Shown here: positions 18,345-26,869 of the stretch, piece after piece
How the letters are laid out: the number at the start of each line of letters is the position of its first letter
How positions within the stretch are numbered: the first letter of the stretch is position 1
DNA from: Candidatus Woesearchaeota archaeon
GTDB taxonomy: Archaea; Nanobdellota; Nanobdellia; Woesearchaeales; DSVV01
Assembly (NCBI GenBank): GCA_016192995.1
Contig: JACPTB010000001.1
Span: 65,110 to 129,109 of the forward strand
Length of the DNA stretch: 64,000 nt
Reading direction: 5' to 3'
Translations under genes and position numbers: made by a program
The notes under the pieces: model-generated
What the model was told of the DNA's origin: nothing
What the model saw: only the letters and a program-made list of their open reading frames with translations
Database searches by the model: none

Positions 18345-18588
18345 GTACGTAATAAGTCTTCTTTAGGTTTTAGCACCAGTTCAGCTTGAAATGTGATTAA
18401 ACATTGGATTTTTCTCTCTATAAATATAATCCCGACTCCCTCAATAATATAAATCAAGGATTCATAAGTTGGCTTGCGTCTGGGATTATAAGACTTGCCT
18501 ATCGGCAAGGAACCCCGAAAAATCCCCAATAAATATATAAGAAAAGCTTCACAAAAATAGGTGCTAAAACCCCAGACTTATTACGTAC
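18345..18588. mobile_element. composite MITE: family 1 carrying a nested about 93-bp palindromic element
   Basis: Family-1 TIRs at both ends. 8-bp TSD AAAAAACA at 18337-18344 and 18589-18596. Internal insert (TTGCCGATAGGCAA ... ATAATCCC(G/A)GAC ends) is identical to the insert in 34720-34961. Confidence 0.8.
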
Positions 18589-18677
18589 AAAAAACAACAA
18601 CCTTTATAAATAACCGCCAAATCTAACGTATTATTCGCCCGATAACTATTAACTAATAGAAGGGTGGAGGTTTAAGG

Positions 18678-19325
18678 ATGGATATAAAACAAGTGCAGGA
18701 TGCACTGAAGAAAGCACGCGAACAAGGAAAGAAAAGAAATTTTTCTCAAACAGTTGACTTAATAATTACCTTGCAAAATCTTGATCTTAAAAAACCAGAA
18801 CAACAAGTAGATACGTATATCACCCTGCATTATCCAAGAGGCAAGCCTGTAAAAGTATGCGCGTTAGTTGGTCCTGAATTGAAAGATGAAGCTGAAAAGA
18901 TTTGTGATAAAACACTTCATGTTGATGAGTTTAACAGTATTGACCAAAAAAAGGCTAAAAAGCTTACAGAAGATTATGATTTCTTTATTGCCCAAGCTAA
19001 TATGATGGGAAAAGTAGCAACAACTTTTGGTAAAATACTTGGTCCGCGAGGAAAAATGCCAAACCCAAAAGCTGGATGTGTCGTGCCTCCTAAAGCAGGA
19101 CTTAAACCATTATATGATAAACTCCAAAAAACACTTCGCCTAACGGCAAAAACAGCTTTAATGATACAATGTTTTGTCGGGAATGAAGCAATGAAGGATG
19201 AAGAAATTGTTGATAATATTATGACTGCATATAAAAGTTTGATTAATGTTTTACCAGCGCATGAGAATAACATTAAAACTATATATCTTAAATTAACCAT
19301 GGGCAAACCAGTGAAGGTACTATAA
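18678..19325 (+). CDS. rpl1: 50S ribosomal protein L1
   Basis: Conserved L1 N-terminus and FDxxIA/GKxLGPRGxMP motifs (GKILGPRGKMPNPKAG). Confidence 0.9.
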   Translation: MDIKQVQDALKKAREQGKKRNFSQTVDLIITLQNLDLKKPEQQVDTYITLHYPRGKPVKVCALVGPELKDEAEKICDKTLHVDEFNSIDQKKAKKLTEDYDFFIAQANMMGKVATTFGKILGPRGKMPNPKAGCVVPPKAGLKPLYDKLQKTLRLTAKTALMIQCFVGNEAMKDEEIVDNIMTAYKSLINVLPAHENNIKTIYLKLTMGKPVKVL

Positions 19326-20186
19326 ATGGCAACTAAACACGTAGCTCCAGAAAAGCTTGATCAAGTGAAAAAATTTGTTGAATTAATGATTAAGTATCCT
19401 ATTATTGGAGCAGTTGACATGGAAAATCTTCCAACCAAGCAGCTTCAGAATATGCGAGCTTCATTACGAGGCAACGTTGAATTGCTCGTAGGGAAGAGAA
19501 GATTAATGAAATTAGCAATTGCAAAGGCAAAGGATAAAAGAAAAGACATTGAACAATTAATTCCTCACTTAAAAGGTATGCCAGGATTGCTTTTCACCAA
19601 TGAAAATCCATTTATTTTATATAACAAATTAAAAAAGTCAAAATCATCAGCTCCAGCTAAAGGTGGACAAACTGCTCCAAAAGATATTATGATTAAAGCA
19701 GGTGTAACTCCTTTTGCACCGGGACCAGTTATTGGCGAGCTTGGCGCTATTGGTTTGAAAGTAGGTGTTGAAGGAGGCAAAGTTGCCGTTAAAGAAGACA
19801 AAGTAGTTGTTAAAGAAGGTGAAGTAATTAAAGCTAATGTTGCCTCAATCTTAACAAGATTAGGAATCGAGCCAATGGAAATCGGGTTAAATGTCGTTGC
19901 TGTTTATCAAGAAGGCACTATTTTCCAAAAGTCAGTGCTTGATGTTGATGAAACTGCCTATATTAACAATATCACTCAAGCTGCTCAATGGGCATTTAAT
20001 TTAGCAGTTGAAGCAGCATATCCTACTCAGGAAACCACTATCTATTTGATTCAGAAAGCGTTTAAAGAAAGCAAAGCGCTTGCTCTTAGTCAAAATATTT
20101 TGGGAAAAGAGGTTGTGGGTGAGATTTTAGCTAAAGCTCATCAAGAGATGCAATCTGTTAAGTCAGTTGCAAATATTCAAGATTAA
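19326..20186 (+). CDS. rplP0: 50S ribosomal protein L10 (acidic P0)
   Basis: Immediately follows L1. P0 architecture. Confidence 0.85.
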   Translation: MATKHVAPEKLDQVKKFVELMIKYPIIGAVDMENLPTKQLQNMRASLRGNVELLVGKRRLMKLAIAKAKDKRKDIEQLIPHLKGMPGLLFTNENPFILYNKLKKSKSSAPAKGGQTAPKDIMIKAGVTPFAPGPVIGELGAIGLKVGVEGGKVAVKEDKVVVKEGEVIKANVASILTRLGIEPMEIGLNVVAVYQEGTIFQKSVLDVDETAYINNITQAAQWAFNLAVEAAYPTQETTIYLIQKAFKESKALALSQNILGKEVVGEILAKAHQEMQSVKSVANIQD

Positions 20187-20205
20187 ATATACGGAGGAAT
20201 TTACC

Positions 20206-20517
20206 ATGGAATATGTATATGCTGCAATGCTTTTACATAAAGCAGGACATCAAATCAACGAAGCAAATGTTACGAAAGTACTAACAGCTGCAGGTGCTAA
20301 AGCTGAAGAAGCTAAAGTCAAAGCGCTTGTTGCTGCATTAGACGGCGTGAACATTGACGAAGCTATTAAGAAAGCTGCTGTTGCGCAAGTAGTAGCTGCT
20401 CCAGCTGCTGCTAGTGGAGAACATAAAGCAGAAGGCAAAAAAGAAGAAAAGAAAAAAGAAGATGACAAAAAAAGCAATGAAGCTGCAGCAGCAGGTTTAG
20501 GTGCTTTATTTGGTTAG
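20206..20517 (+). CDS. rpl12: 50S ribosomal protein L12 (P1)
   Basis: [14 protein letters not shown] start. Ala/Glu/Lys-rich tail ending GLGALFG. Confidence 0.85.
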   Translation: MEYVYAAMLLHKAGHQINEANVTKVLTAAGAKAEEAKVKALVAALDGVNIDEAIKKAAVAQVVAAPAAASGEHKAEGKKEEKKKEDDKKSNEAAAAGLGALFG

Positions 20518-20525
20518 GTCTATTA

Positions 20526-20545
20526 ACTTTTTTTATTTTTTCTTT
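20526..20545 (+). terminator. oligo-T archaeal terminator after L12
   Basis: TTTTTTTATTTTTTCTTT run directly after the stop codon. Confidence 0.4.
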
Positions 20546-20616
20546 AAACAGCTTTCTGGATAGTAATGCAGTAAAAGATATGTTAAATAAGAGTATTGAA
20601 TAATGTGGTTTAGACT

Positions 20617-21507
20617 ATGACTGAATCAGTACATAAACAGGAACTTTTGAAACAGATGCATGCATTGAAGCAGGCTGTTCAGGAACTTAAAACTACGTGT
20701 AATAATCTTCATCAGGAGAAAGAGAAACTCTATGAAGAAAAGCAGAAAGTGGGCAATCATATTAAAGAATTAATTGGAACGTTAAAACAATCAAAAGAAA
20801 AGCGTGATTCTTTCACCCAATTGGTTAAAGATAAAAAAGTAAAGAGAGATGAACTGCACGATGCAGTTAAAAAGAAACTTGATGAATTAAAAGAATTGGA
20901 AAAACAGCGTGGAGAAGTATTGAAAAAAAAAAATATTACTGAGCATCCTTCTGAGATAAAACGAAAAATCAAGGCATTAGAATACAGAATAGAGACTTCA
21001 GGAATGTCGTTTGCTAAAGAACAGGAATCAATGAAGCAAATAAATTCATTAAAAAAAAGATATCAGGAAACAGCTGTTGCTTCTGAATTAAACCAGAAAA
21101 TTGCAACCCTTGAAAAAGAAGTCCGGCAATTAAAACAAGAAGCAAATCTTTCCCATCATGTCGTGCAAAGCACTGCCCAGGAAAGCCAGAAAAAACACGA
21201 AGAATTAGTAGGTTCTTCCAAAGAAGTGGAAGCTCTTCGAACCAAAGAAAAAGAGTTATACGATGCCTTTTCAAAGCTAAAACATGATTTTAATGAAAAA
21301 AATCATGAGCTTAAAGAGAAATTAAAGCAGTTAAACGAACTATATGCTCAATTAGATATGGATAAAGAATTTAAGAAGCATGAAAAACAAAAACATGATG
21401 AAGCTACCTTAGAAGAACGACGGAAACAAGTTGATGAAAAACTCAAAAAAGGCATGAAGTTAACAACCAAAGATATTATTGCATTCCAAGGAAATGATGA
21501 TAGTTGA
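20617..21507 (+). CDS. coiled-coil protein, unknown function
   Basis: Heptad-rich Lys/Glu sequence throughout. Confidence 0.4.
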   Translation: MTESVHKQELLKQMHALKQAVQELKTTCNNLHQEKEKLYEEKQKVGNHIKELIGTLKQSKEKRDSFTQLVKDKKVKRDELHDAVKKKLDELKELEKQRGEVLKKKNITEHPSEIKRKIKALEYRIETSGMSFAKEQESMKQINSLKKRYQETAVASELNQKIATLEKEVRQLKQEANLSHHVVQSTAQESQKKHEELVGSSKEVEALRTKEKELYDAFSKLKHDFNEKNHELKEKLKQLNELYAQLDMDKEFKKHEKQKHDEATLEERRKQVDEKLKKGMKLTTKDIIAFQGNDDS

Positions 21508-21619
21508 AATTTCTTCAAATTTTCCGTAAAATTTTTTATTGTTAAGTTTTTTAACGGACATTTTTTCAATAAAACCGTAAATCTTCCGAAAAGTATGGGA
21601 GGATTTTCGGTTTTTTCGG

Positions 21620-21640
21620 CGATGGGTTTATTAAGGAGTT
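21620..21640 (+). promoter_or_regulatory. 21-nt motif CGATGGGTTTATTAAGGAGTT, repeated identically at 63857-63877
   Basis: Exact repeat seen by eye. Contains a TTTATTAA TATA-like box. Both copies are preceded by TTTTCGG-rich sequence. Confidence 0.5.
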
Positions 21641-21699
21641 CTTCCTCTCATTAATATGCATGGAAACAAATATAACTAATAATAGAGGCGTTTACTAAA

Positions 21700-22536
21700 A
21701 TGAAACATGCTATCAAATTGTTCAATAATAAGAAGATTCGTGTTGAATGGGATTCCGAAAAAGAGAAGTGGTACTTCTCAATAGTAGATGTTATACATGT
21801 GCTTACTGAAAGTCCAAATCCACGGAAATATTGGAGTGTGCTAAAAACAAGGTTAAAAGTCGAGGGAAGTGAGTTGGCTACAAATTGTAGTCAACTGAAA
21901 ATGCTTTCATCTGATGGTAAATATTACAATACAGATGTTGCTGACACGGAACAATTGCTTCGCTTAATTCAGTCAATTCCATCTAAAAAGGCAGAGCCAT
22001 TCAAGATGTGGCTTGCAAGAGTTGGTCGTGAAAGAATTGATGAAACTGAAGATCCTGAACTTGCAATTGATAGAGCAATGTATTTATATTTACATAAAGG
22101 ATATTCTCTTGACTGGATAAATCAACGATTAAAAACAATTGAAGTGAGAAAACAGCTAACTGATGAATGGAATAGGGTTGGAATTACAAAACAAGAAGAT
22201 TATGCTATTTTGACAAACGAAATTACAAAAGCATGGTCTGAAAAGACAGTTAAGGAATATAAACAGTTAAAAGGATTGAAAAGAGAGAATTTAAGAGATA
22301 ATATGACAAATATTGAATTAATCCTAAACATGCTTGCAGAAGCAACAACAAAGGAGATCTCAGAAAAAGAAAATCCTGACTCTTTTGAACAAAGCAGAGA
22401 AATTGCAAAAGAAGGTGGAAAAACTGCAAAAGTTGCAAAAGATAGAATAGAAAAAAGATTAGGTCAAAAAGTGGTTAATTCTAAGAATGCTAAAAAAATT
22501 CATTACAGCGATAAAAAGTGGATTAAGGATGTTTGA
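21700..22536 (+). CDS. Bro-N domain / DNA-damage-inducible protein D (DinD)-like protein
   Basis: N-terminus IRVEWDSEKEKWYFSIVDVIHVL fits the Bro-N pattern. Central and C-terminal region parallels E. coli DinD (..YKQLKGLKRENLRDNMTNIELILNMLAEATTKE..), recalled from memory. Confidence 0.55.
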   Translation: MKHAIKLFNNKKIRVEWDSEKEKWYFSIVDVIHVLTESPNPRKYWSVLKTRLKVEGSELATNCSQLKMLSSDGKYYNTDVADTEQLLRLIQSIPSKKAEPFKMWLARVGRERIDETEDPELAIDRAMYLYLHKGYSLDWINQRLKTIEVRKQLTDEWNRVGITKQEDYAILTNEITKAWSEKTVKEYKQLKGLKRENLRDNMTNIELILNMLAEATTKEISEKENPDSFEQSREIAKEGGKTAKVAKDRIEKRLGQKVVNSKNAKKIHYSDKKWIKDV

Positions 22537-22611
22537 GATTGAAACAAAGATGATTTTCAAGATAAACTAATTAATAATTAATCAAAATTAATAAAAAGAA
22601 ATTTAAACTCT

Positions 22612-22785
22612 CTATTTTCTCTCCATATACTGGCATTTGCCACAGGTCAATCGATCTTTGTGGTTAGCAAGCGCATAGCCAACACCGCATTTTGGGCAGT
22701 GTTTATTATTTCGCTGCAATTTATCGCCGCTTACCATGTATCTTTTTGGTCCTGATTTTTTTCCTTTTGGTTCTTTTTTTTCTGC
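22612..22785 (-). CDS. rps27ae: 30S ribosomal protein S27ae (eS31)
   Basis: KRY...CPKCG.GYALANHKDRLTCGKC zinc ribbon. Start at MAEKKEPK. Confidence 0.8.
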   Translation of the reverse strand, partial: AEKKEPKGKKSGPKRYMVSGDKLQRNNKHCPKCGVGYALANHKDRLTCGKCQYMERK

Positions 22786-22817
22786 CATACATATCACATA
22801 TTTTGATGTTAAACGAT

Positions 22818-23150
22818 TTATGCTGCTGCTGGTTTTGCTTCTTTCACTTCAGCAGAACCTTCTTGTTTTTCCTGATGTTTTGCTACTAATTTTTTATGTT
22901 CAAATTTTTCAAGAACGTCTCGTTTTTCATAAACATTAACAATCACCTTTACTACTCTATCACCAAACTGCGGATAAAGATGTTTGATAATAACCAATGA
23001 AGGATCTACTTTTAATTGTTTAGCTAGCAGATTTCTGATGGTTAGCCTGGAAGGAGTTGCAGCTTCAGCAGTAAGCTTAGCAGTTACTCTTTTTCTTGAT
23101 AATAAAGGAGTATCTTTTTGTTTGAGAATTTCAATGTTCATAATGTTCAC
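22818..23150 (-). CDS. rps24e: 30S ribosomal protein S24e
   Basis: NPLLSRKR..V..H.....PSR..IR..LA motif (TPLLSRKRVTAKLTAEAATPSRLTIRNLLAK). Start may be the internal MNIEIL at 23141. Confidence 0.85.
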   Translation of the reverse strand: MNIMNIEILKQKDTPLLSRKRVTAKLTAEAATPSRLTIRNLLAKQLKVDPSLVIIKHLYPQFGDRVVKVIVNVYEKRDVLEKFEHKKLVAKHQEKQEGSAEVKEAKPAAA

Positions 23151-23332
23151 CTTACCTTTATGGCATATTCTCCTTTTTGGTCAATAGCCATTTTTTTAGC
23201 AATCACTGATTTTTCAGGATTCATAATAATAATTCTTCCTTTCCAGCTTGGTGTGTAATCGTCAGCATTTTCTTTAACGTCACTAGCATCCATAATCATT
23301 TTTGTTTGTTTATGCGCAATTTTTTTACCCAT
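23147..23332 (-). CDS. spt4: transcription elongation factor Spt4 / RNAP subunit E'' homolog lacking the Zn-ribbon cysteines
   Basis: WKGRIIIMNPEKSVIAKKMAIDQKGEYAIKV matches the Spt4 core. Position between rpoE' and S24e is canonical. Zero Cys in 61 aa. Confidence 0.65.
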   Translation of the reverse strand: MGKKIAHKQTKMIMDASDVKENADDYTPSWKGRIIIMNPEKSVIAKKMAIDQKGEYAIKVR

Positions 23333-23354
23333 GAATTTCCCTCATCAAGATTAG

Positions 23355-23963
23355 TTATTCTTTTTTACCTTCTTTACTTTCTCCTTTAGACTTATGTTCC
23401 TTAGATTCTTTAGCTTCAGATGGAACAGATCCTTTTTTTTCATCATACCATTCAAGCTTGCCTAAGCCAGTCTGCCTCATCGTTAGCCCTAATTTAGGAT
23501 TGCTGACATCAGTATAACTAACTGCAATAATTCGCGCTCTGCAAGTATCTCCAATTTTTAAGGCACGTTTGCTGTCTCTGCCAGTTAATACTTTGTCTTT
23601 TCCAAAACTAACAAAATCATCCATGGTTTGTGAAATATGAATCATCCCATCAATTGGTCCTATGGAAATAAATGCACCAAAATCAGCAATGTCTTTAACT
23701 TTGCCAACAACTACTTCCTGAAGTTCAGGTTTAAAGGTTAGAATGCTAAAGGTAACGGTGTGATATGCTGCTCCATCACCATGGATGATAACGCCTTCTT
23801 TTATTTCTTTGACTTCATCAACATCAATGACAATCCCTAATTCTTTAGAAATATAACCTTCATACTTTTTCTTCAGCATTTGAATAACTGAAGATGATAA
23901 TTCTAAATTGAATAACTCAGGTGGAACCCTGATGTGATCAGATAAAGTCATTTTATAATACAT
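23355..23963 (-). CDS. rpoE1: DNA-directed RNA polymerase subunit E' (Rpo7)
   Basis: N-terminal Rpb7-like fold plus S1 domain (GKVKDIADFGAFISIGPIDGMIHISQ). Confidence 0.85.
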   Translation of the reverse strand: MYYKMTLSDHIRVPPELFNLELSSSVIQMLKKKYEGYISKELGIVIDVDEVKEIKEGVIIHGDGAAYHTVTFSILTFKPELQEVVVGKVKDIADFGAFISIGPIDGMIHISQTMDDFVSFGKDKVLTGRDSKRALKIGDTCRARIIAVSYTDVSNPKLGLTMRQTGLGKLEWYDEKKGSVPSEAKESKEHKSKGESKEGKKE

Positions 23964-23966
23964 AGA

Positions 23967-24350
23967 TTACGCCTCAATTAGTTGAATATACTTCTTTTGC
24001 CGTAGCACTAATACGTTTTTAAGCTTCCTTTTTAAATCTTTGTCTTGTGTAGCTATGATATACTCATCTTTGAGATGAACAAGGATATCATCAACATAGT
24101 CTTGTGAAGGTATGGTGAGGATTTTAATCTTTTTAGCTTGGACAAGCTTTAAGGCAAGCTGAGCAGCCTGTTTATCTTTTCCTGTTTGTTGTTCTACGAT
24201 CTTTTTAAGCTCTTCTAAGCTTTTATCAAGCACATAAAGTTCATAGTTGAAATTACAGGTATTTTCAAGCTCTCTGAATATATCTACTCCTAGTGAACCA
24301 GGTATGAGTAAAAAATTGGTGTCTAATAGGATTTTCTTGCCATCTGGCAT
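23967..24350 (-). CDS. PIN-domain protein (rpoE-operon associated)
   Basis: ILLDTNFL start and acidic residues in PIN spacing. Typical first gene of the archaeal rpoE' operon. Confidence 0.6.
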   Translation of the reverse strand: MPDGKKILLDTNFLLIPGSLGVDIFRELENTCNFNYELYVLDKSLEELKKIVEQQTGKDKQAAQLALKLVQAKKIKILTIPSQDYVDDILVHLKDEYIIATQDKDLKRKLKNVLVLRQKKYIQLIEA

Positions 24351-24397
24351 ATAAAAATAACGTTTTTGAAGTCATTTATAAATGTTTTCTTAAGTGT

Positions 24398-24465
24398 GCT
24401 GTGTTGCATAATTATTCCATACCTTTGGTTAAACCCAAAGGTATGGAATAATTATGCAACACAGC
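24398..24465. repeat. perfect 31-bp inverted repeat separated by 6 nt (GCTGTGTTGCATAATTATTCCATACCTTTGG-TTAAAC-CCAAAGG...)
   Basis: Arms 24398-24428 and 24435-24465 are exact reverse complements. Sits in a divergent intergenic region. Confidence 0.7.
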
Positions 24466-24510
24466 AAAGGATAAACAATCTTTTTAAATAATTATGTTAT
24501 TCTTTATTGA

Positions 24511-25113
24511 ATGTTAGCACAAGCAGGAGATTTGGAAGGAATGTTAAGAGGAACTTCTTCTGATCCTACTATTGCTGAACATAGGGAAAAAAGAAATTTA
24601 TTAGCAAATATCAGAACAAAAATCATTGATATATCTGATTGGACTGAAAAAGTCTTTTTAGCATATGATGATGTCCGAGCAATGAGTACTGATGAGCATG
24701 GTCAAGATCAGTCTGGTTTTAGATCAGTATTGGGAGATGTTAACCGACAAATTTGTTATCCTTTGGAGCGTATCAGTGCGCAATTAAATGCTTATCTTCG
24801 TGTTCTTGATGATCCTGAAATAGGAAAGACATATTCTAAATGGCATCCTTTCAAAGCAAAATATGTTCGAGAAGTTACTCACGCTGCTGCAGAAATTTAC
24901 AGACAATTAGGCTTAGGTAAATTACAAGAATTAGATGAAATAACCGAAAGAACTCATGCTAATGGTTATAGTGGTATAGCAGCAGCGTTAGGATCTTTTA
25001 TTGATCATGTATCAGGAAAAACAGAAACTCCTGAAAAACAAGGATGGAGAGATTATATTGTATTGAAAATAATAATTGATCGTTATCAAATGGTTTTAAA
25101 GGATTTAAAATAA
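24511..25113 (+). CDS. hypothetical protein
   Basis: 200-aa ORF. Composition (Arg/Ala/Gly-richer) differs from neighbours. No motif recognised. Confidence 0.4.
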   Translation: MLAQAGDLEGMLRGTSSDPTIAEHREKRNLLANIRTKIIDISDWTEKVFLAYDDVRAMSTDEHGQDQSGFRSVLGDVNRQICYPLERISAQLNAYLRVLDDPEIGKTYSKWHPFKAKYVREVTHAAAEIYRQLGLGKLQELDEITERTHANGYSGIAAALGSFIDHVSGKTETPEKQGWRDYIVLKIIIDRYQMVLKDLK

Positions 25114-25200
25114 TAGGTTTATTTAATGGCAACAAGAGAAACATTACGTGAAAGAACGAAAAGAAAACATATGAAACCTAAAGAAGACTTATTATGTATG

Positions 25201-25537
25201 GGGCTTCATCCAAAAAATGGCTGCGCCAGGTTAGCGCCTTCGAAACTTTGCATATTTCAATCGCATAAACAGTCACGCTCCGAAGAAGCCGTCCCTCTGA
25301 TCTCTTTAAACAGCTCTGTCCCGAATCTCGGCTAACGCCTCGGTTTTGGTGCGGTGATTATCCCACTTATTGATAAGAAGGAAAAAATTCCCATTGTAAT
25401 CTCCTTTTTTCTAGATTATTTATTTTAAAGATAATCACCAGCATGGCACCAAAAACTTTATTCGGGACAGAGCCCTTTAAACCGGTACTGTAAAGAGTTT
25501 CGACCTGAGGGCGCTAACCTCATTTTTGGATGAAGCC
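25201..25537. mobile_element. composite MITE: family 4 element carrying a nested family 3 element
   Basis: Family-4 TIRs GGCTTCATCCAAAAA / TTTTTGGATGAAGCC. 9-bp TSD TATGTATGG at 25192-25200 and 25538-25546. The right end abuts the antiporter stop codon. Confidence 0.85.
25312..25473. mobile_element. MITE, family 3, nested inside the family 4 element
   Basis: TIR (A)GCTCTGTCCCGAAT / ATTCGGGACAGAGCC. 8-bp TSD CTTTAAAC at 25304-25311 and 25474-25481. Confidence 0.8.
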
Positions 25538-26778
25538 TATGTATGGGAAGAGTTTTTATTTTCTATTCCTTTTCCCAACCAAAATCGAGTAAAAGGAGCA
25601 ACTATGGTTGCAAACACTAATGAGTATAACACAAACAAGACCATTAAATCAATAATACTTTTTAATTCTGGATATACTGCAATTTGCGTTGATAGCACAA
25701 ATATCACGGTCGCTATACCAATACCTTTTGGCATAATTAGGGTCATGAATAGTCTTTCTTTAAAAGTGCTTTTATCATGCATGGATGAGATATAAACTGC
25801 AAGGAACCGAATTAAAATATAAATCCCAAATAATTTTAAAGAATTTAAGAAGAATATCAAATTGATTCCGGTAATCTTAAATCCAATCCCTACCAGAATA
25901 AAAACAAGAATCATCAAAAAGTTTCCAAATAATGTTGGAAATGAATAGAGTTCTTTTTTCTGTTCAACATAATAATTGCCAAAAAATAAACCAGTGACTG
26001 TAACTGCTAGTATACCGTTCCCACCAAGATGTTCTGCAAGAATATATGCTAAAAATGCTGAGCCAATTAATAACAACGGTGAAAAACTTTCTGGAACTCC
26101 TTTTTTGAATATCTTTCCAAGAATTAACCCTATAATGACACCAGCGCCAATTCCAACGACAAATTGGCTGATAAATGGTTTTAACTGTTCAAATAACGTA
26201 GTTAGTAACAGAGTTTTTCCTTGACTTTCATCCGATGAAACCGAAAGCGCTTTCATCAAGTCAAGAATAATAAATGGAATAAGTACTGTTAAAGGAGTAT
26301 TAATAATTGATTCTATACGAAGAAGTTCGATTATTTTATTTCCTTGATGGTTTTTGAAGAGGTTTAAACAAACATCAGCAGCAGTTGCTCCCATAGTGGC
26401 AGCAAAAATAAGAATCAAGAATAGATTATCAAGATAAAACAAGTAGGAAACTGCAATACTAAGCAAGAATGCATTGACAAAAAGAAAAACAATAGCTAGT
26501 TTCAAGGCTTTTCCTGTTAATTGATCTACTAATTTCCACTTAAACCTTGCTGAGCTATCAAAAACAATAATTACCAATGCTATGATTGCGATAATAGTTA
26601 AAAAAGCAGGTGGAAAATCAAACAATGCCCTTCCAGGAAAGGTAATTTGTGTTAATCCAATGCCTGCAAGAATTAATAATAATACATTTGAAATTCTCAA
26701 GTATCGAGCAAGAACTGTACACATAATTCCAACAAACAAGATAATAGTAAGATCAGTAAGGAATGGTAATGACTCCAT
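25537..26778 (-). CDS. cation:proton antiporter (Na+/H+ exchanger-like) membrane protein
   Basis: About 12 hydrophobic helices and overall CPA-family-like layout. No unique signature verified. Confidence 0.5.
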   Translation of the reverse strand: MESLPFLTDLTIILFVGIMCTVLARYLRISNVLLLILAGIGLTQITFPGRALFDFPPAFLTIIAIIALVIIVFDSSARFKWKLVDQLTGKALKLAIVFLFVNAFLLSIAVSYLFYLDNLFLILIFAATMGATAADVCLNLFKNHQGNKIIELLRIESIINTPLTVLIPFIILDLMKALSVSSDESQGKTLLLTTLFEQLKPFISQFVVGIGAGVIIGLILGKIFKKGVPESFSPLLLIGSAFLAYILAEHLGGNGILAVTVTGLFFGNYYVEQKKELYSFPTLFGNFLMILVFILVGIGFKITGINLIFFLNSLKLFGIYILIRFLAVYISSMHDKSTFKERLFMTLIMPKGIGIATVIFVLSTQIAVYPELKSIIDLMVLFVLYSLVFATIVAPFTRFWLGKGIENKNSSHT

Positions 26779-26869
26779 GATTATTCTACGAAAAAGAAGA
26801 TTTATATGTTTTTTGGATAAGTAAATTGGAAAGTTTTAACAGTTCTAAGTGCAGAACTCCATTCTCCGA

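Noticed and set aside
25126-25335. 69-aa ORF
   Set aside because: Most of it is translation of MITE sequence (25201-25537); the ...PKEDLL... peptide recurs wherever a family-1 TIR is translated (18332-18529, 33054-33254).
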